NCBI GenBank assembly: GCA_964016885.1
Contig: OZ024751.1
Location: 2,728,001-2,792,000, forward strand
Length of the DNA: 64,000 bases
Source: Eledone cirrhosa
Lineage: Eukaryota
Reading direction: 5' to 3'
Of this stretch, positions 1 through 12,950 are shown piece by piece (the stretch's first letter is position 1; every line of letters begins with the position of its first letter). The translations under genes and the position numbers were made by a program. Under the pieces are notes generated by a model. It saw only the letters and a list, made by a program, of their open reading frames with translations, did not search any database and was not told where the DNA came from.

Positions 1-1430
1 TAAGGACAGTTAGAAAGAAAGACGAAGAGAAAAAAGAAGGAAAGTGTATAGTGCTAAGGACGAAGAGAAGAAGAAAGAAAGTGTATAGTGCTAAGGACAG
101 TTAGAGAGGAAAACGAAGAAGATGAAGAGATGTATGTAAAGAAAAAACAACAGAGCGAGATAGAGAGAGAAAGAGATATGGGAGAGAGAAATATATTGAG
201 GAAGTGAAAAATGATAGGCAGCTTGGGCACAGATGATCAACGTACAAATGAGAGATTAAGGAGGGAAGTGGGTACTGTAATTATTTATTTATTTATTTAT
301 TTAGTTATAGTGTTAAGGATACGGAGAGAAATAAAAATAAAAATAAAAATAAATAAAGAGAGGTAGAGAGAGATATAGGTGGTGGGAGAAAAGAGGTAGA
401 TCGAGTAATATCTATCATACGAGGTGGGAGAGATATAGTTAAATCAGCCGATACATAAATCCCGTCAAGTGTAGAGGGAAGAGGAGAAGAAATAGATATA
501 TTCAGAAAGAAAGATGATAGATTTTAAATATTATGTTTCATCCATTTGAATTATCAATTCATATGAATTAGGTATTATAATGTAAATATCAATATTCATG
601 AATGAGACACATATCAATAATGTGTGAAAAAATGAAAAAATAATAATGACCCTATGTTTAGTTTAAAAATTCTTAGGTTTATAATCAAAATCTGAGAAAA
701 AACTTCAAAAATACTGAAATACATAAGTATATATGTATTTTCATGAAAAAAGAAAAAGAGAAAAGAGAAGGTTATCTCAAATTCAAGTTGACAATTATAG
801 ACACACATGTGAATTTACGTGATCGGCTCTGTAAATTCTTATTTTTCATGAAAATCTTCATTGCGTTACAAAAGATTCCACCATACATATATGTACATAC
901 ATATATATATAGACATAAAATATACATTAATATTAATAATAATATTCTTGCCCTCACTTACATGATTATCGTTCAAGCATAGAATAGACAACAGATATCA
1001 ATATATTAAAAACGCCAAGAATATTTTCATCACTCCCCAGAGTATCTAGGGACGTAAGAAAACATAGTATGCCACGCATATCAACCACAGAAAACCACCC
1101 GTCCAATTTATTTGACAATATATTGTCAAGTTCATTAGAAGCAATCAGAATCAAAAGCAAACAAAACCAAAATTATTCAACAAAACTTATTTAGCAGAAA
1201 TCATTCAAAAAAATTTATTGATACCCAGTTGTTCTACAAATGCTCTTATATTTATTATAGAAGTTTATCTAGCTTAAAAATGTATTCAATAGATTGGGAG
1301 CATCACCATTTTAGGGTAGTTTAATTAATCTCCTTAATTATATACTCATGAAGAAGGTTTTAAAAAATTGAAGGAATCGAAAGATTTATCGCCAAGTTTC
1401 ATAAATAGTTAAATATCTTAAGTAAATATA

Positions 1431-2146
1431 CTACATTTTAAATATATATTTATATTTAAAAGTTGAGTTCAATCTATGTCTGCAGTAGCTGAATAAATTG
1501 GTCCGTAAATTAAGGGAATTTTTAGATTTTAGTATAAAGAATATCTCCTCCGCGCAGAGATCACATGTCTCAGAAGAGGAATTAAAAGGAATCCCTTTTG
1601 AGACTATATTCCAAACCATCAAATATCCAACGTTATCATGTTTAAGTTGCCAGAGTAAGCCTGATAGTGATGTTGAAGATTTTTTATTTGGATCCGTGAA
1701 AGAATTCTTGTGATTATTATAGCGAAGTTTAAATTCTGTCGAGGTGGAACCAACATAATTAAAAGAATTTAAGTCAGTTTTAACATTACAGTTGTATATT
1801 ATATTTTTAACTAAGCAATTGTTATTTAGCGGACATTTAGATCTATCTCTACAGTTACAGTTGTTTATTTGAATATTGTTTAGGCTATTTTCGGTATTTT
1901 GGCTAGGTTTTAGATTCCTATTATTTATTCTATTAATATTTTGTGCTAAATTTTTGGTGGACGAGTATGTTAATTTTATAGTATGTCTATTGAAAATTGA
2001 GTGATACTTATGTGTTCTAGGGAAGCATTTGTCAAGAGCATTAAAAAATAGTTTAGCGATGTGGGTTTTAATGTTTAGTGAGAAAGGAGGGGCAAACCAT
2101 ATTATATTTCTAGTTCTATTTCTTTTCTGGTTTTTGGAATCGTTTT
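1431..2146 (-). pseudogene. 5'-truncated Penelope-like element ORF fragment (RT thumb/linker + GIY-YIG endonuclease)
   Basis: Manual minus-strand translation: RNIIWFAPPFSLNIKTHIAKLFFNALDKCFP...CNCRDRSKCPLNNNC..NIIY..YVGSTSTEFKLRYNNH..CDLCAEE..LN..CRH; its end is the ORF 1431..1622. Collinear with the ORF at 62983..63930. Confidence 0.85.
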
Positions 2147-2252
2147 AATGAAAATTTTAATATCGTAAATCTACTCCAAAACTTGTTGAGTGCTTTTATA
2201 TCAGTTATAAAATATTTACTCGTTGTAACCCAACAATTTTAAATAAAACTTT

Positions 2253-2294
<42 letters not shown>

Positions 2295-2360
2295 GGTATG
2301 TATGTATAAATATATTAAGAATATTAATAAATTGAAAATATCTTTATCAAACCATATTTA

Positions 2361-2415
2361 TTTATTATACGTATTTCAAGGGTACTAATATTTAAGTACG
2401 CTTTCGTCAGATAAA
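2361..2415 (-). ncRNA. Minimal type I hammerhead ribozyme
   Basis: Minus strand: TTTAT-CTGACGA-AAGCGTACT/taaatatt/AGTACCCTT-GAAA-TACGTA-TA-ATAAA. Core intact, stems I and II pair, stem III is palindromic. Confidence 0.8.
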
Positions 2416-3351
2416 ATATAATATTTGGTGTTAAGATAGTGACATATCTTCATGTGAACTTAGTGGTATAAGTCCATAGAAGATAGTGATTGAAAAATTA
2501 AAAACTCAAGCGATTTATGTTAATGAAGATACTTTAAACCTGAAAAAAGCCGTTAAATTTAGACGCTTGATAAATTAAAAAAATCCTTGTTTATATTGTT
2601 TATGGGTTTGTTATTATAGGGTGGACAATTATTGTAGACTTATTTTAGAGATAGTTATAGATATATATAAACACTCAAAGATATATACATGAGTTAAGAA
2701 GGAATCACATAATTTTACTTATTTATTTTTTATTATTTATTTTAAGAATATGGATGCATTTAAAGTATTTAGATGAGAATTATAATGTATTGTAATAAAT
2801 TATTTTTTAAAACAATTACAACAATATAATATTTATGTGATTATGTGATTGAATATACATCGTATTTACACCTATATATACGAGTGTATTTATTTTTTTA
2901 ACATATATTTTAATACTATGAATGTAATTATGAATATAATGTATTATAGTATATTATGAGACATTATTATATAACGTTAGTTAAAATAATAAATAATTAT
3001 TTACTACATAAATGATTATGAGTGAGTATACATCGTATTTAAGTATATATATATACATAGATATATAAATGAGCGTAAGTAGATTAAGTAACTATATATG
3101 TGAATTTTATACATATATTTTAAGAATGTGAAAGCAATATTTTAAGAGTCAAATTGAATAGTATTATGGTATATTCTATTATTGTATATGGTTAGTAATA
3201 TAATATTTAAACAGTTATGCAAGTTGAGATATATCGTATATATAAATTTTGATTGTAAACAAAATTCTTTTTACCTTTTTTTGAGGAGGTAACTCTAAGA
3301 ATTTGTATTTTAAGGAATATGTTAAATGTATACTTCTTCAATACAAAGATG

Positions 3352-3391
<40 letters not shown>

Positions 3392-3433
3392 ATAATATTA
3401 ATAAATGGAAATTATCTTTTTAAAACGACATTT

Positions 3434-3493
3434 ATTTTATTATATATATTTCAAGGGTACCAACATTTTTGGTACGTACTCATCAGATAAAAT
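3434..3493 (-). ncRNA. Minimal type I hammerhead ribozyme (diverged paralog of 2361-2415)
   Basis: Minus strand: ATTTTAT-CTGATGA-gtacGTACC..GGTACcctt-GAAA-TATATA-TA-ATAAAAT; flanks resemble 2320-2445. Confidence 0.7.
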
Positions 3494-3519
3494 ATAAAAG
3501 ATGTTTTACAGATAGTAAC

Positions 3520-3607
<88 letters not shown>

Positions 3608-3764
3608 ATTATTATTATGCTATGGGAGGGTCATGTTGGCAATAAGAAACACACGCACCAGTTGCTTTCACTCCAATTTATTATCAATTAAATTTATAAA
3701 TTTAAGAATTTATAAATTTCCGGTTGGTTGGTTGGTTCCACAACCGGACGGTTGTTCACATATT

Positions 3765-3807
3765 GTCAAAGTTCTTTCGTCACACATCCTGTGACCTCTT
3801 CAGTGAC
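3765..3807 (-). ncRNA. Minimal hammerhead ribozyme in PLE pseudo-LTR
   Basis: GTCA-CTGAAGA-g-GTCACA/ggatg/TGTGAC-GAAA-GAAC-TT-TGAC, on the sense strand ~200 nt downstream of the EN stop. Confidence 0.65.
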
Positions 3808-4006
3808 TGAGAATTCTTTTCTTTGTTTTTGTGCCTCTTCTTTGTTCTGTCCTACGCCATCTTGTTTTTGTGTGTGTTGTGTGCTTAGTTTGCGCATGTG
3901 TTACATCCGGGTGTCCGTGTGTGTTTATATTTGTTTATTTATTTGTTTATTTACATGTTACTGGTTGGTTATTTGTTCTATGTGTGTGTGTGTTTTCATT
4001 TTGTCC

Positions 4007-5250
4007 TTAATTGTAAGTTGTGATGTTGCTATTCCATTCATGTTTTCTATTTAATTTTGGTTGGAGTTCATTTATGTTTATTGCCTCTGTGATTTGTCTA
4101 AACATTGCGTCTCTTCTCTGTGTAGATTCTATTTTTATTTCTATGTTCTCTAATTTACCCTTATGTTCTAAATTAGCATGTTGGTGGAGTACAGATGATT
4201 CTTTTCTATCTTGAAGCTCTCGCCAGTGTTCATTTATCCGTTCTCCTATAGTACGAGCTGTCTCACCTATGTACACTATATTCGTATCTCTACATTGTCC
4301 TTCAGTACATCTTATGCTATATACTTCATTTCTAGTTTTATAGTTAATATGGGGGCTTAGTTTACAGATTATATATTTCTTATCTATACAGGAAGGTCTT
4401 TGAAAAGGGTATGTATTGCTAATAAGTGTTTTTTATGGAGGTACCTCGTCTTTCTAATATCTTAATATTGAGTTTATGTTTATCTAGGGCCCTTCTAAAT
4501 TTGTAAGCTAATTCACCTCTATGGGTTGTATTGATGAACATTACACTCTGGTATTTATTGCTATCATACCATGAGTTTATTCTATTAACCTTATTCCTAG
4601 TTCTTTCTATTCTATTCCAAAATTTGCTCCTATACAAGGAGTAGGTCCCATTTGTATCAATATTTACCATTTTTCCCCATTTGGTTCTGGCTCCTCTATA
4701 TACTCTGATTTTATCTCTCTGATTGTAACCAGAGAACTGCATACGGTGGATGAAGTGTTGTATGTGTCTCTCTAGTTCTTTGGGGTTGCACATGCGGAAC
4801 ATGTTTCTCATCACCCGTACCAAATCCGCAATCAGTATGTTGATTTTGATGTGGTCTGAAACAGCTGAGTTTCGGTGGATCAGATATTTGGAAGTCATGG
4901 GTTTGGCATAATGGGAATGGAGGATTTGTTTTTTGTTATTAATGGTTTCTAACCAGAGCTCTGTGTCTAGTACAATTAATCGATGGTTGGGGTGTTTGCT
5001 GGGGTAGTCTATAGTAACTCTAATACTCTGGTGGATGGAGTTAGCTATTTGTTGGATGCTTTCCATGGTGTTTTTACTACGATGTTTATATCATCAACGT
5101 AGCGGCAGTACATTATCAGGTTTAAGAGGTTGCTGTCTTCTAATTGTTCTTTAAGTTTAAGTTTAAGTCTATTGTCCCACGATACCATGAATAGGTTAGC
5201 TATGTGACCTGCAATACTAACACCAATGGCTGCTCCCTCCTCTTGGGCAT
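4007..5250 (-). pseudogene. PLE reverse transcriptase C-terminal half + GIY-YIG endonuclease, disrupted
   Basis: Motifs GAAIGVSIAGHIANLFM, RYVDDINI, LIVLDTELW, KPMTS, VYSIRC..YIGETARTIGERINEH, RQITEAINI..PKLNRKHEW; split over ORFs 4419..5066 and 4007..4276. Confidence 0.85.
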
Positions 5251-5602
5251 AAGGGTAAATTAGAGAACATAGAAATAAAAATAGAATCTACACACAGAAA
5301 AGACGCAATGTTTAGACAAATCACAGAGGCAATAAACATAAATGAACTCCAACCAAAATTAAATAGAAAACATGAATGGAATAGCAACATCACAACTTAC
5401 AATTAAGGACAAAATGAAAACACACAGACACATAGAACAAACAACCAACCAGTAACATGTAAATAAACAAATAAATAAACAAATATAAACACACACAGAC
5501 ACCGGATGTAACACATGCGCAAACTAAGCACACAGCACACACAAAAACAAGATGGCGTAGGACAGAACAAAACAGGCACAAAAACAAAGAAAAGAATCCT
5601 CA

Positions 5603-5645
5603 GTCACTGAAGAGGTCACAGAATGTGTGAAGAAAGAACTTTGAC
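5603..5645 (+). ncRNA. Hammerhead ribozyme copy in the inverted pseudo-LTR
   Basis: gtca-CTGAAGA-ggtcacagaatgtgtgaa-GAAA-gaac-tt-tgac; one substitution at the base of stem II. Confidence 0.55.
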
Positions 5646-5863
5646 AATATATGAACAACCGTCCGGTTGTGGAACCAACCAACCGGAAATTTATAAATTC
5701 TTGAATTTATAAATTTAATTTATAATAAATTGGAGTAAAAGCAACTGGTGCGTGTGTTTCTTATTGGCAACATGACCCTCCCAAAGCATAACAATATCGG
5801 TTTCAACACACGTTTTCAGATAAAGAATCTTGTTAAACAAATTCAGAAATATATATATATATA

Positions 5864-5987
5864 AACTAACTATAAAATCATAGTGATACTATACGAATTG
5901 TACAAATAAAAATAAAAACGAAAAAATTAATAATATTTATTTATTTGTACAATTCGTATAGTATCACTATGATTTTATAGTTAGTTA
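5864..5987. repeat. Fold-back inverted repeat (~46-bp arms) next to (TA)n
   Basis: aactaactataaaatcatagtgatactatacgaattgtacaaataa ... ttatttgtacaattcgtatagtatcactatgattttatagttagtt. Confidence 0.85.
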
Positions 5988-6258
5988 GCGTAACGTCCTT
6001 AATATGGATCACGAATGACTTTGGATCATATATAACAACCTATTACTATTAAGAGGAAGGTAATTCCACCACTTGCCCCAATGGACTTAGTACCACAGAT
6101 CCATTCGGGCGTATATAGTTAAATAGTTGGACCCTCCCTAATGCGAGACTTGCATACACTGTCCACACCCGAAACGGTCTCTTCACCCAAGCGATGCAAA
6201 GCCACGGGCGGAAGGTGTAAGGGAGATAACTGCGAAAGTCCGGAAAAGATGTTGTTAT

Positions 6259-6845
6259 TCAATCCGGAGCTTTGAAGTTACGCAAGAGGTGTTTCCAGAC
6301 ATGTGGACAACGTGAGATTTTATTTCTTGAATTTAGGCAATCGCTATTGCGTAATCTCCTTAGAATATTTATCCTTTCTTCAATACACAGTCCACAAGAC
6401 GGATTGTCCCTTGCGTATGGCTTGGGCTTAGTGATGGCTTTCCATTGAATGGAGTAGTCTATACCTGAGTTCTTGAGGGACCATACGTGGATCGCGAGTT
6501 TCGTGGATGATCGTTTGTCCGGGTACCTAAAGGTCGACTGATGGTTCAGGAAGCGTTCCTTAAATCGGTCCTCCGCCATACCCACATAGGATTTGACCTC
6601 CTGTGGTTGATTTGGTTGGTTGGAAGTGACCACAGCTTCATAAACTACAGCGGGTGTGTTGCATTGCTGTTGAAGGGGACAAGCTTCAGGCTTTCGGCAA
6701 GAGCATCCTGGGAGGGTCCTGCTCTTAGGACTGTTGGTGATGTGAGCCTTCATATTCTTAGCGCCTAGTTTTACTCTGTGCCTGTTAAAGATGTAGCGGT
6801 ATTTGTGACCTATGGAAAAGTGTCTATCTAAGAGGGCTAGCCACA
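6259..6845 (-). pseudogene. 5'-truncated PLE GIY-YIG endonuclease fragment
   Basis: ORF 6259..6846: LLDRHF..IFNRHRVKL, CSCRKPEACPLQQQC, VVY..YVG..FKERFLNH, CGLCIEE, CLNSR..CPH; same family type as 62983..63930. Confidence 0.9.
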
Positions 6846-7203
6846 ATGATGTAGCCCCTATTATGTAGCTACTATGATGTAGCTACTATGATATAGCTCC
6901 TGTGGTGTAGGCGCTGTGATGTGGCCACTGTGATAAGGCCTCTGTGATATATCCACTATGATGTGGCCACTGATGTAGCTACTATGATTTAGCCACTTTT
7001 GATGTAGCTGCTATAATGTAGCCACTATGACGTAGCCACTATGATGTAGTCACTACGATTTAGCCACTATGATATAGCTACTATGATGTAGCCACTATGA
7101 TTTAGCTACGATGATGTAGCCACTATGATATAGTTACTATGATGTAGCTACTATGATATAGCCTCTATGACGTAGCCACCATGATTTAGCCACTATGATG
7201 TAG
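6846..7203. repeat. 14-bp minisatellite (ATGATGTAGCCACT)n
   Basis: About 25 degenerate copies; abuts the truncation point of the PLE fragment. Confidence 0.9.
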
Positions 7204-7985
7204 TTGGTGAGTCAAACAAATGCACTACACATCCAAGCAATCTTAGTTGATACCTGTGTAGTGGAGATTCAATACCGATCATATTTCGACGGGTATTTCT
7301 AAATTTCTACGTACACATTCTTATCATGCACGCACGCATGCGTACAAAATATCGCTCCCTTAATCATCCATAAGCTCCCTAATTAAACTGGACTATTATT
7401 TTTGGCCAATGGCCAATTTACACAGTTGTTTCTTCATATGACGCTCTTTTCAGCGCATGGCTTCTCTCAATTCATTCAAGTGTGAAGGTGATAGAGTAAA
7501 GGTACCCATAGGGTATGGAAGTTAAACTGAAAACGAAAAGAGCTGGAACAGAGACTGCAAAACGTTTCACCCAATGTTCTAAAGACCTTGCCATAAATAA
7601 CTACCTTAAAATAAAAAACAGAAGGTTGATACACATACGTCCACCCATCCATATATGTGCACACACACGCACGTAGATACACACATATCCACATATGTGC
7701 ACACCCATGAACATATGTACAGACATCCACATATGCGTTCACATCCACATACGCGCACACATCTGCATAAGCGTACATATTCCTTTACGCGTACACATGC
7801 ACATACGGGTACACATGCAAAAACTAATCTCTAATAATGATTAACAGTTTTTCTGCCCAGCGGTTAAGCTCTTACCATTTCGATATGGTAAAAGCTTATA
7901 TTTACATTCTACTTTTCTTAAGTATTGAGTACAAAGTTGAATAATGGTCTTATTAGTCCTAACTAGTAATATCTCACCTCCAACA

Positions 7986-8036
<51 letters not shown>

Positions 8037-8265
8037 ATATATATATATGTGTGTGTGTGTGATGTGAGAAAAACCACAGACCCTCCATCTCAACACTACT
8101 TTTGAAAAGCAGAAGAACTGCTAAACCGGTAAAGGAACCAAATAAATATATATATTTAAACAAAAATAAGACTCCAGTTGCATTTTCGATTTCATCTTTT
8201 TTTCTTTATACTTTCACTCGTGTAGGACACCTCGGTTATTTTTCATTCTGTAAAAATAACCTCAC

Positions 8266-8307
<42 letters not shown>

Positions 8308-8673
8308 AGTAAGTCAAATATGTAAAATTTGGCTTCGTTTATTATAGATTATAAATTTACTGCTATATATGAGGTGTCGGTAAACAAGCAACATATACTC
8401 AATATATATATATATATATTTATAATAAGTTGGCGGAACTAGCATGGGTTTCACTGCTAGGACCGGTTGCATTTCAGCGTACTCAATAGGTAATGTTAAA
8501 TAAACCCACAGAGTACACAGTTATTCGCTTCAATACAACACACGTAAATGGTTACCTTCAATTATTCCCGTACTGGAGTTTCGGCCACACTTAATGCAGC
8601 GATAGAGTGTACAGCGTCCACTGTCCGCAAATATTATGCAACAATGCCGAAACTACCTTTTACCTCTCTCTCC

Positions 8674-8712
<39 letters not shown>

Positions 8713-9014
8713 CAGACAAAACGACTTCATCAGCGGGTTTTGTCTAATCAATAACCAATCAATTGACAGAATTCGATTCCAGTCCGTGTCGGCTATGACT
8801 ATGTGACGGCCAACAGAGCAAAACGTTAGCAAGTGAAATCTCTACGCGTCATCATAATGAGAGAGAGTGTCTGTGATACTGAGACAAGGGAGACCACTAA
8901 TCATGGAAGTACTCAATGCATCGGGAGATGCAGAGTGGGTATAGAGATTGGTAAAATCCTGACCGTGTTGCCAAGTAGTTTCGGCTTGTGAGACAAGCCG
9001 AAACTACCTTTTAC

Positions 9015-9083
<69 letters not shown>

Positions 9084-9574
9084 CAAAACGGCTCATTGAT
9101 GATGTTGTTGTTGTTGATAATTAGTTTCGTTTCAGACATCAACTTCCACTGTAGCAGGAAATGTTGTTGTTGCTATCTTTTCTCTGGTAATTAAGACAAA
9201 CATACAACGGAAACGAGAGGCTTGGAATGGTGTTCACATAACTTCGTGCTGCCAACAGCATGATCGTGATTCAATAAATATTGTTGTTTTTAGTTCTTTT
9301 CTTCCGAATAATGGGTTCTTAATTTGGCTCAAGGCCAGAAATGTGTGTGTGTGGCGAGGGGGGGGGGGGGGGGGGTAGTCGATTTTGTCTACCCCAGTTT
9401 ATAACTGTCTCGAGTCTGCCTGGAGTCCCGAGGCTGGTTAGGTTGGTTTCCTTGGCGTGAAGCCACTGGGAGAACAGGCCTCACTCCCTGGGCAGGACAC
9501 CAGTCCATCGCAGGGTTATGTAAAGTATATATAATGTTAAGTTAAAGCCAGTCTTAAGACAGGAGACTCGTCAG

Positions 9575-9823
9575 GCCAGTGCTTATCCCGGTTTTCGTGG
9601 CGTGAAGCGACTGAGAGCACAATACCCTCCCCTCTGGACAGGATGCCAGTTCATCGCAGGGTGAAACTCCCAGCTATTGCTGTTGGTACTCATTTTCAGC
9701 TGAGTATACTGGAGCAATGACAAATAAAGTGTTTTGCTGAAGAACACAACACACAACCCAGGAATCGAACCAACGACATTATGATCAGAAGTTCAACACC
9801 CTTACCACTAGGTCACGTGCCTA
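9575..9823 (-). mobile_element. tRNA-derived SINE with conserved core (Meta/V-SINE-like)
   Basis: Minus strand A-box-like TGACCTAGTGG, B box GTTCGATTCC, core tgctccagtatactcagctg..gagtacc and cctgcgatgaactggcatcctgtccag. A partial second copy lies at ~9425-9520; head fragments at ~11130-11205 and ~25370-25465. Confidence 0.75.
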
Positions 9824-9971
9824 CACAGAACATACCTTCTACTTTCCTTCATCGATATCGAAATGATGAAAGGTAAACTTGACGAGTCCGAACAGTTCAG
9901 TTACTGCAACGGATTTCGCTGACGCTCTACCGACCCTCAACCAATCCACCGCCCTCAACAGATTGGTACGT

Positions 9972-10275
9972 CATCGTTGTTGCTGTTGTTCCTGTCGCCG
10001 TTGTTGCTGTCGTCGTTGTTGATGTCGTCGTTGTTGATGCTGTGGTAGTTGTAGTTGTTGTAGTCACTCTGGTAGTGGTTGTTATCGCTGTGATTGTTAT
10101 TGTTGTTGCCGCAGTTGTAGTTGTAGTTGTTGTCGTCGTTGTTGCTGCTGTGGTAGTTGTTGTTGTTGTCATTGTCATCGCTGTAGTTGAAACTATGGTA
10201 GTTGTTGTTGTCACTGTTGTAGTTGTTGTCACTGGTTGTTGCTGTCGCTGTGACAGTTGTAGTTGTCACTGTCGT
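9972..10275. repeat. Degenerate (GTT/GTC/GTA)n trinucleotide tract
   Basis: Direct inspection; it explains the poly-T, poly-V and poly-N ORFs. Confidence 0.9.
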
Positions 10276-10509
10276 TATTTACACACTGTAGCCCACCATT
10301 TACTAAAGCAATGTTTATCTTACAAAACCATCAATATTCTCTCCTTGGCATTATCCAATTTTGTTTGTTTATTTATATATTTATAGTTACTGAGAGAAAG
10401 CTAAGAAAGAGCCCCTTGGCACTGCCCCAAGAATTCTTATATATCAATCAGATTTAGCACTGTCTTCGCTTTGATGCTATTGTTAATAATGTTATTGTTG
10501 TTATTACTT

Positions 10510-11120
10510 TTTCGGTTGTCTTATTTTTATTTCGTGTTTTTACTGCATAGAAGAGCACAGTTCTGAGTGTTTTGTATATTATGTTCAGTATTTTCTGTTG
10601 GTTTTGTAAATTTTCTATTGACAGTGTTCTACATAACGTGGGTGCAGTGCCTGGTAATACTCAATATATTGACTGTGCTGTGCCTGGTGGTAGTGATGTT
10701 TTCTGTTTCTTATGCATTATATGTAAGTTCTAGAGGTTTCCTTATGTATTTATCTGTATGCTGTGTCTTTTTTTCTGTATAATCGTTACTGGGATTGTTT
10801 CTATAATATTCATTCTTGGCTAAAACTCTACAGCTAGAAACAATGTAGTTGTTTGTTCCTTCTCTATCTCCCATATGTTGGAGTTATTCAATGTATTATG
10901 TTTCATTATACGCTTTTGGTGGTTTCTAGTAGGAAAGCTTTTGATCCTGTGTCGCAATCAAGAATCCTTCAGTGTCTGTTATGTGTCATGCAATTCTCAT
11001 CAGCCAGTGCTGTGTTTATTCTTACTACCTTTCCTTCCTATATTTCCGTTCGGGTATTTCTCAAGTAGGAGCTTTCCTTGCCATCGTTTTGTCGTGGTAT
11101 GTTGAAACTTCATTTTCAGC
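10510..11120 (-). pseudogene. Degenerate R4/Dong-like (restriction-like endonuclease) non-LTR retrotransposon 3' fragment
   Basis: Manual translation across frameshifts: DTEGFLIATQDQ..PTRNHQKRIMK, YIVSSCRVLAKNEY, C-terminal GTAPTLCRTLSI, followed by a (TAA/CAA)-like tract. Confidence 0.6.
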
Positions 11121-11530
11121 TTTTTAAGGTATTTGTTTGACCAGGAATCTAACTCACAACATTACGATCATAAGTTCAACACCCTAATCACTAAACTACA
11201 TGCTTTTACATATTTACAAACACATAGACAAACATCAACGTACATATGAAAACACACTCGTAGACACACACACGCAGACACACACGCAGACACACACATG
11301 CAGACATACAGACACGCACGCAGAAATGGTTTATTCCAATTTTAGAATGATTAAAAAGATGAAATTAAAAAACTGGTACTATATATTATAAAATGTGACT
11401 ACACCCGTTAAACTGAGATTAAATATAATTTGAGACTACACAAAGTCAGGATAAGGAAGACAAAAGTTGTCTTTTTAATTATCTGAAAAAATTGTTTAAT
11501 TTATGACTTCACATGACTTTATTATTGACC

Positions 11531-11790
11531 TTGAATGGATAAAAGGCAAAGTTGATCTCGGTGGGATTTGAACTCAGAAAACAGAAAGCCGAAACGAATC
11601 CCGCAAAGGATTCTATCCGACGTTCTAACAACTCTGAAAGTCCAGAGTCGTTAGAACGTCGGATAGAATGCTTTGCGGTATTCGTTTCGGCTTTCTGTTT
11701 TCTGAGTTCAAATCCCACCGAGATCAACTTTGCCTTTTATCCATTCAAATATATCAAAAAAAAGTATCAGTCTAGTACTGGTGTCGATTC
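11531..11790. mobile_element. Head-to-head fold-back of a tRNA-derived SINE
   Basis: 11531-11636 and 11643-11748 are inverted with ~3 mismatches. The right arm has B box GAGTTCAAATCC plus aactttgccttttatcc, as in the SINEs at 26567 and 58426. Confidence 0.9.
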
Positions 11791-12216
11791 TTCCTCTATA
11801 TCTCTTTCTCACTTTCATTTACTCGCAATCTCTATCCTTCTCTGGAAGAAATCTTCTGTATTCAGACCTGGCTCTGCCAGATTAAAAAACAAGCCCTAGA
11901 AACTCCGTATGTCAATAGGATGCTCCAACCACTCCCTCGGGAAGTACAAGTAAAAAAATAAAGATACTGGTCTTTATAATAAATTGGGAATCACTAACGA
12001 ACGGCGCTCTTCGTACAACTCAATTAGATTTCTGAAGATGGCCAGGTGTGCAGTCGAAAACCAGGAAACACCTTATCTGAGGTTCTGCTGTTCTTGTTTT
12101 CTAATCGGTTGTTTTCGTTGTTACAAAACAAACATCTAAATAGCTAAAAGTCGGTGAAGCCTTTTCAAAAATAGTATATATAAACAGATATTTATATGTA
12201 CATATTTACGCACGTG

Positions 12217-12217
12217 A

Positions 12218-12259
<42 letters not shown>

Positions 12260-12315
12260 ATAATAATAATAATAATAAAATTGCTTAAACTTTAATCTGT
12301 TATATTAATAAATAA

Positions 12316-12369
<54 letters not shown>

Positions 12370-12500
12370 GTGTGTATATATGTGTGTGTGTGTGTATATA
12401 TATATATGTGTGTATATATGTGTGTGTGTGTGTATATATATATATATGTGTGTATATATGTGTGTGTGTCTGTGTGTATATATATATATGTGTGTATATA

Positions 12501-12531
<31 letters not shown>

Positions 12532-12579
12532 GTGTGTATATATGTATGTGTGTGTATATATGTATATATGCGTGTACGC

Positions 12580-12657
<78 letters not shown>

Positions 12658-12899
12658 ATGTGTGCTCTTACAGATGCGTAGTGGTACGTAATCATACATA
12701 TTAGTGTTTTCGATATAAATATGGCGGTCTTTTAAATATAGAAATATAGAAGTCTACCTTCCACCCTATACTGAGGAATGTTCCGCAGCCGAACTATTCC
12801 CTGCCAATATTTAGTTTGGCACCAAACAATGATTGAAGTCCCCAACACCTCCGCTTGATTAATGGTGTTATTGTTGGTGCAATGCTCGGTAGACAGAAG

Positions 12900-12950
<51 letters not shown>

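Larger units (their letters stand above)
3615..5791 (-). mobile_element. 5'-truncated Penelope-like element with inverted pseudo-LTR
   Basis: 3615-4165 and 5248-5791 are near-identical inverted repeats enclosing RT/EN coding remnants; both arms carry an HHR; (TA)n on both sides. Confidence 0.9.

Noticed and set aside
1344-1400. HHR-like ATGAAGA...GAAA
   Set aside because: Core mutated, stems weak, and opposite strand to the adjacent PLE ORF.
9740-9823. tRNA gene
   Set aside because: A/B boxes belong to a SINE head; no complete cloverleaf seen.
12025-12082. CTGAAGA...GAAA motif
   Set aside because: Could not form convincing stems II and III or a UH cleavage site.
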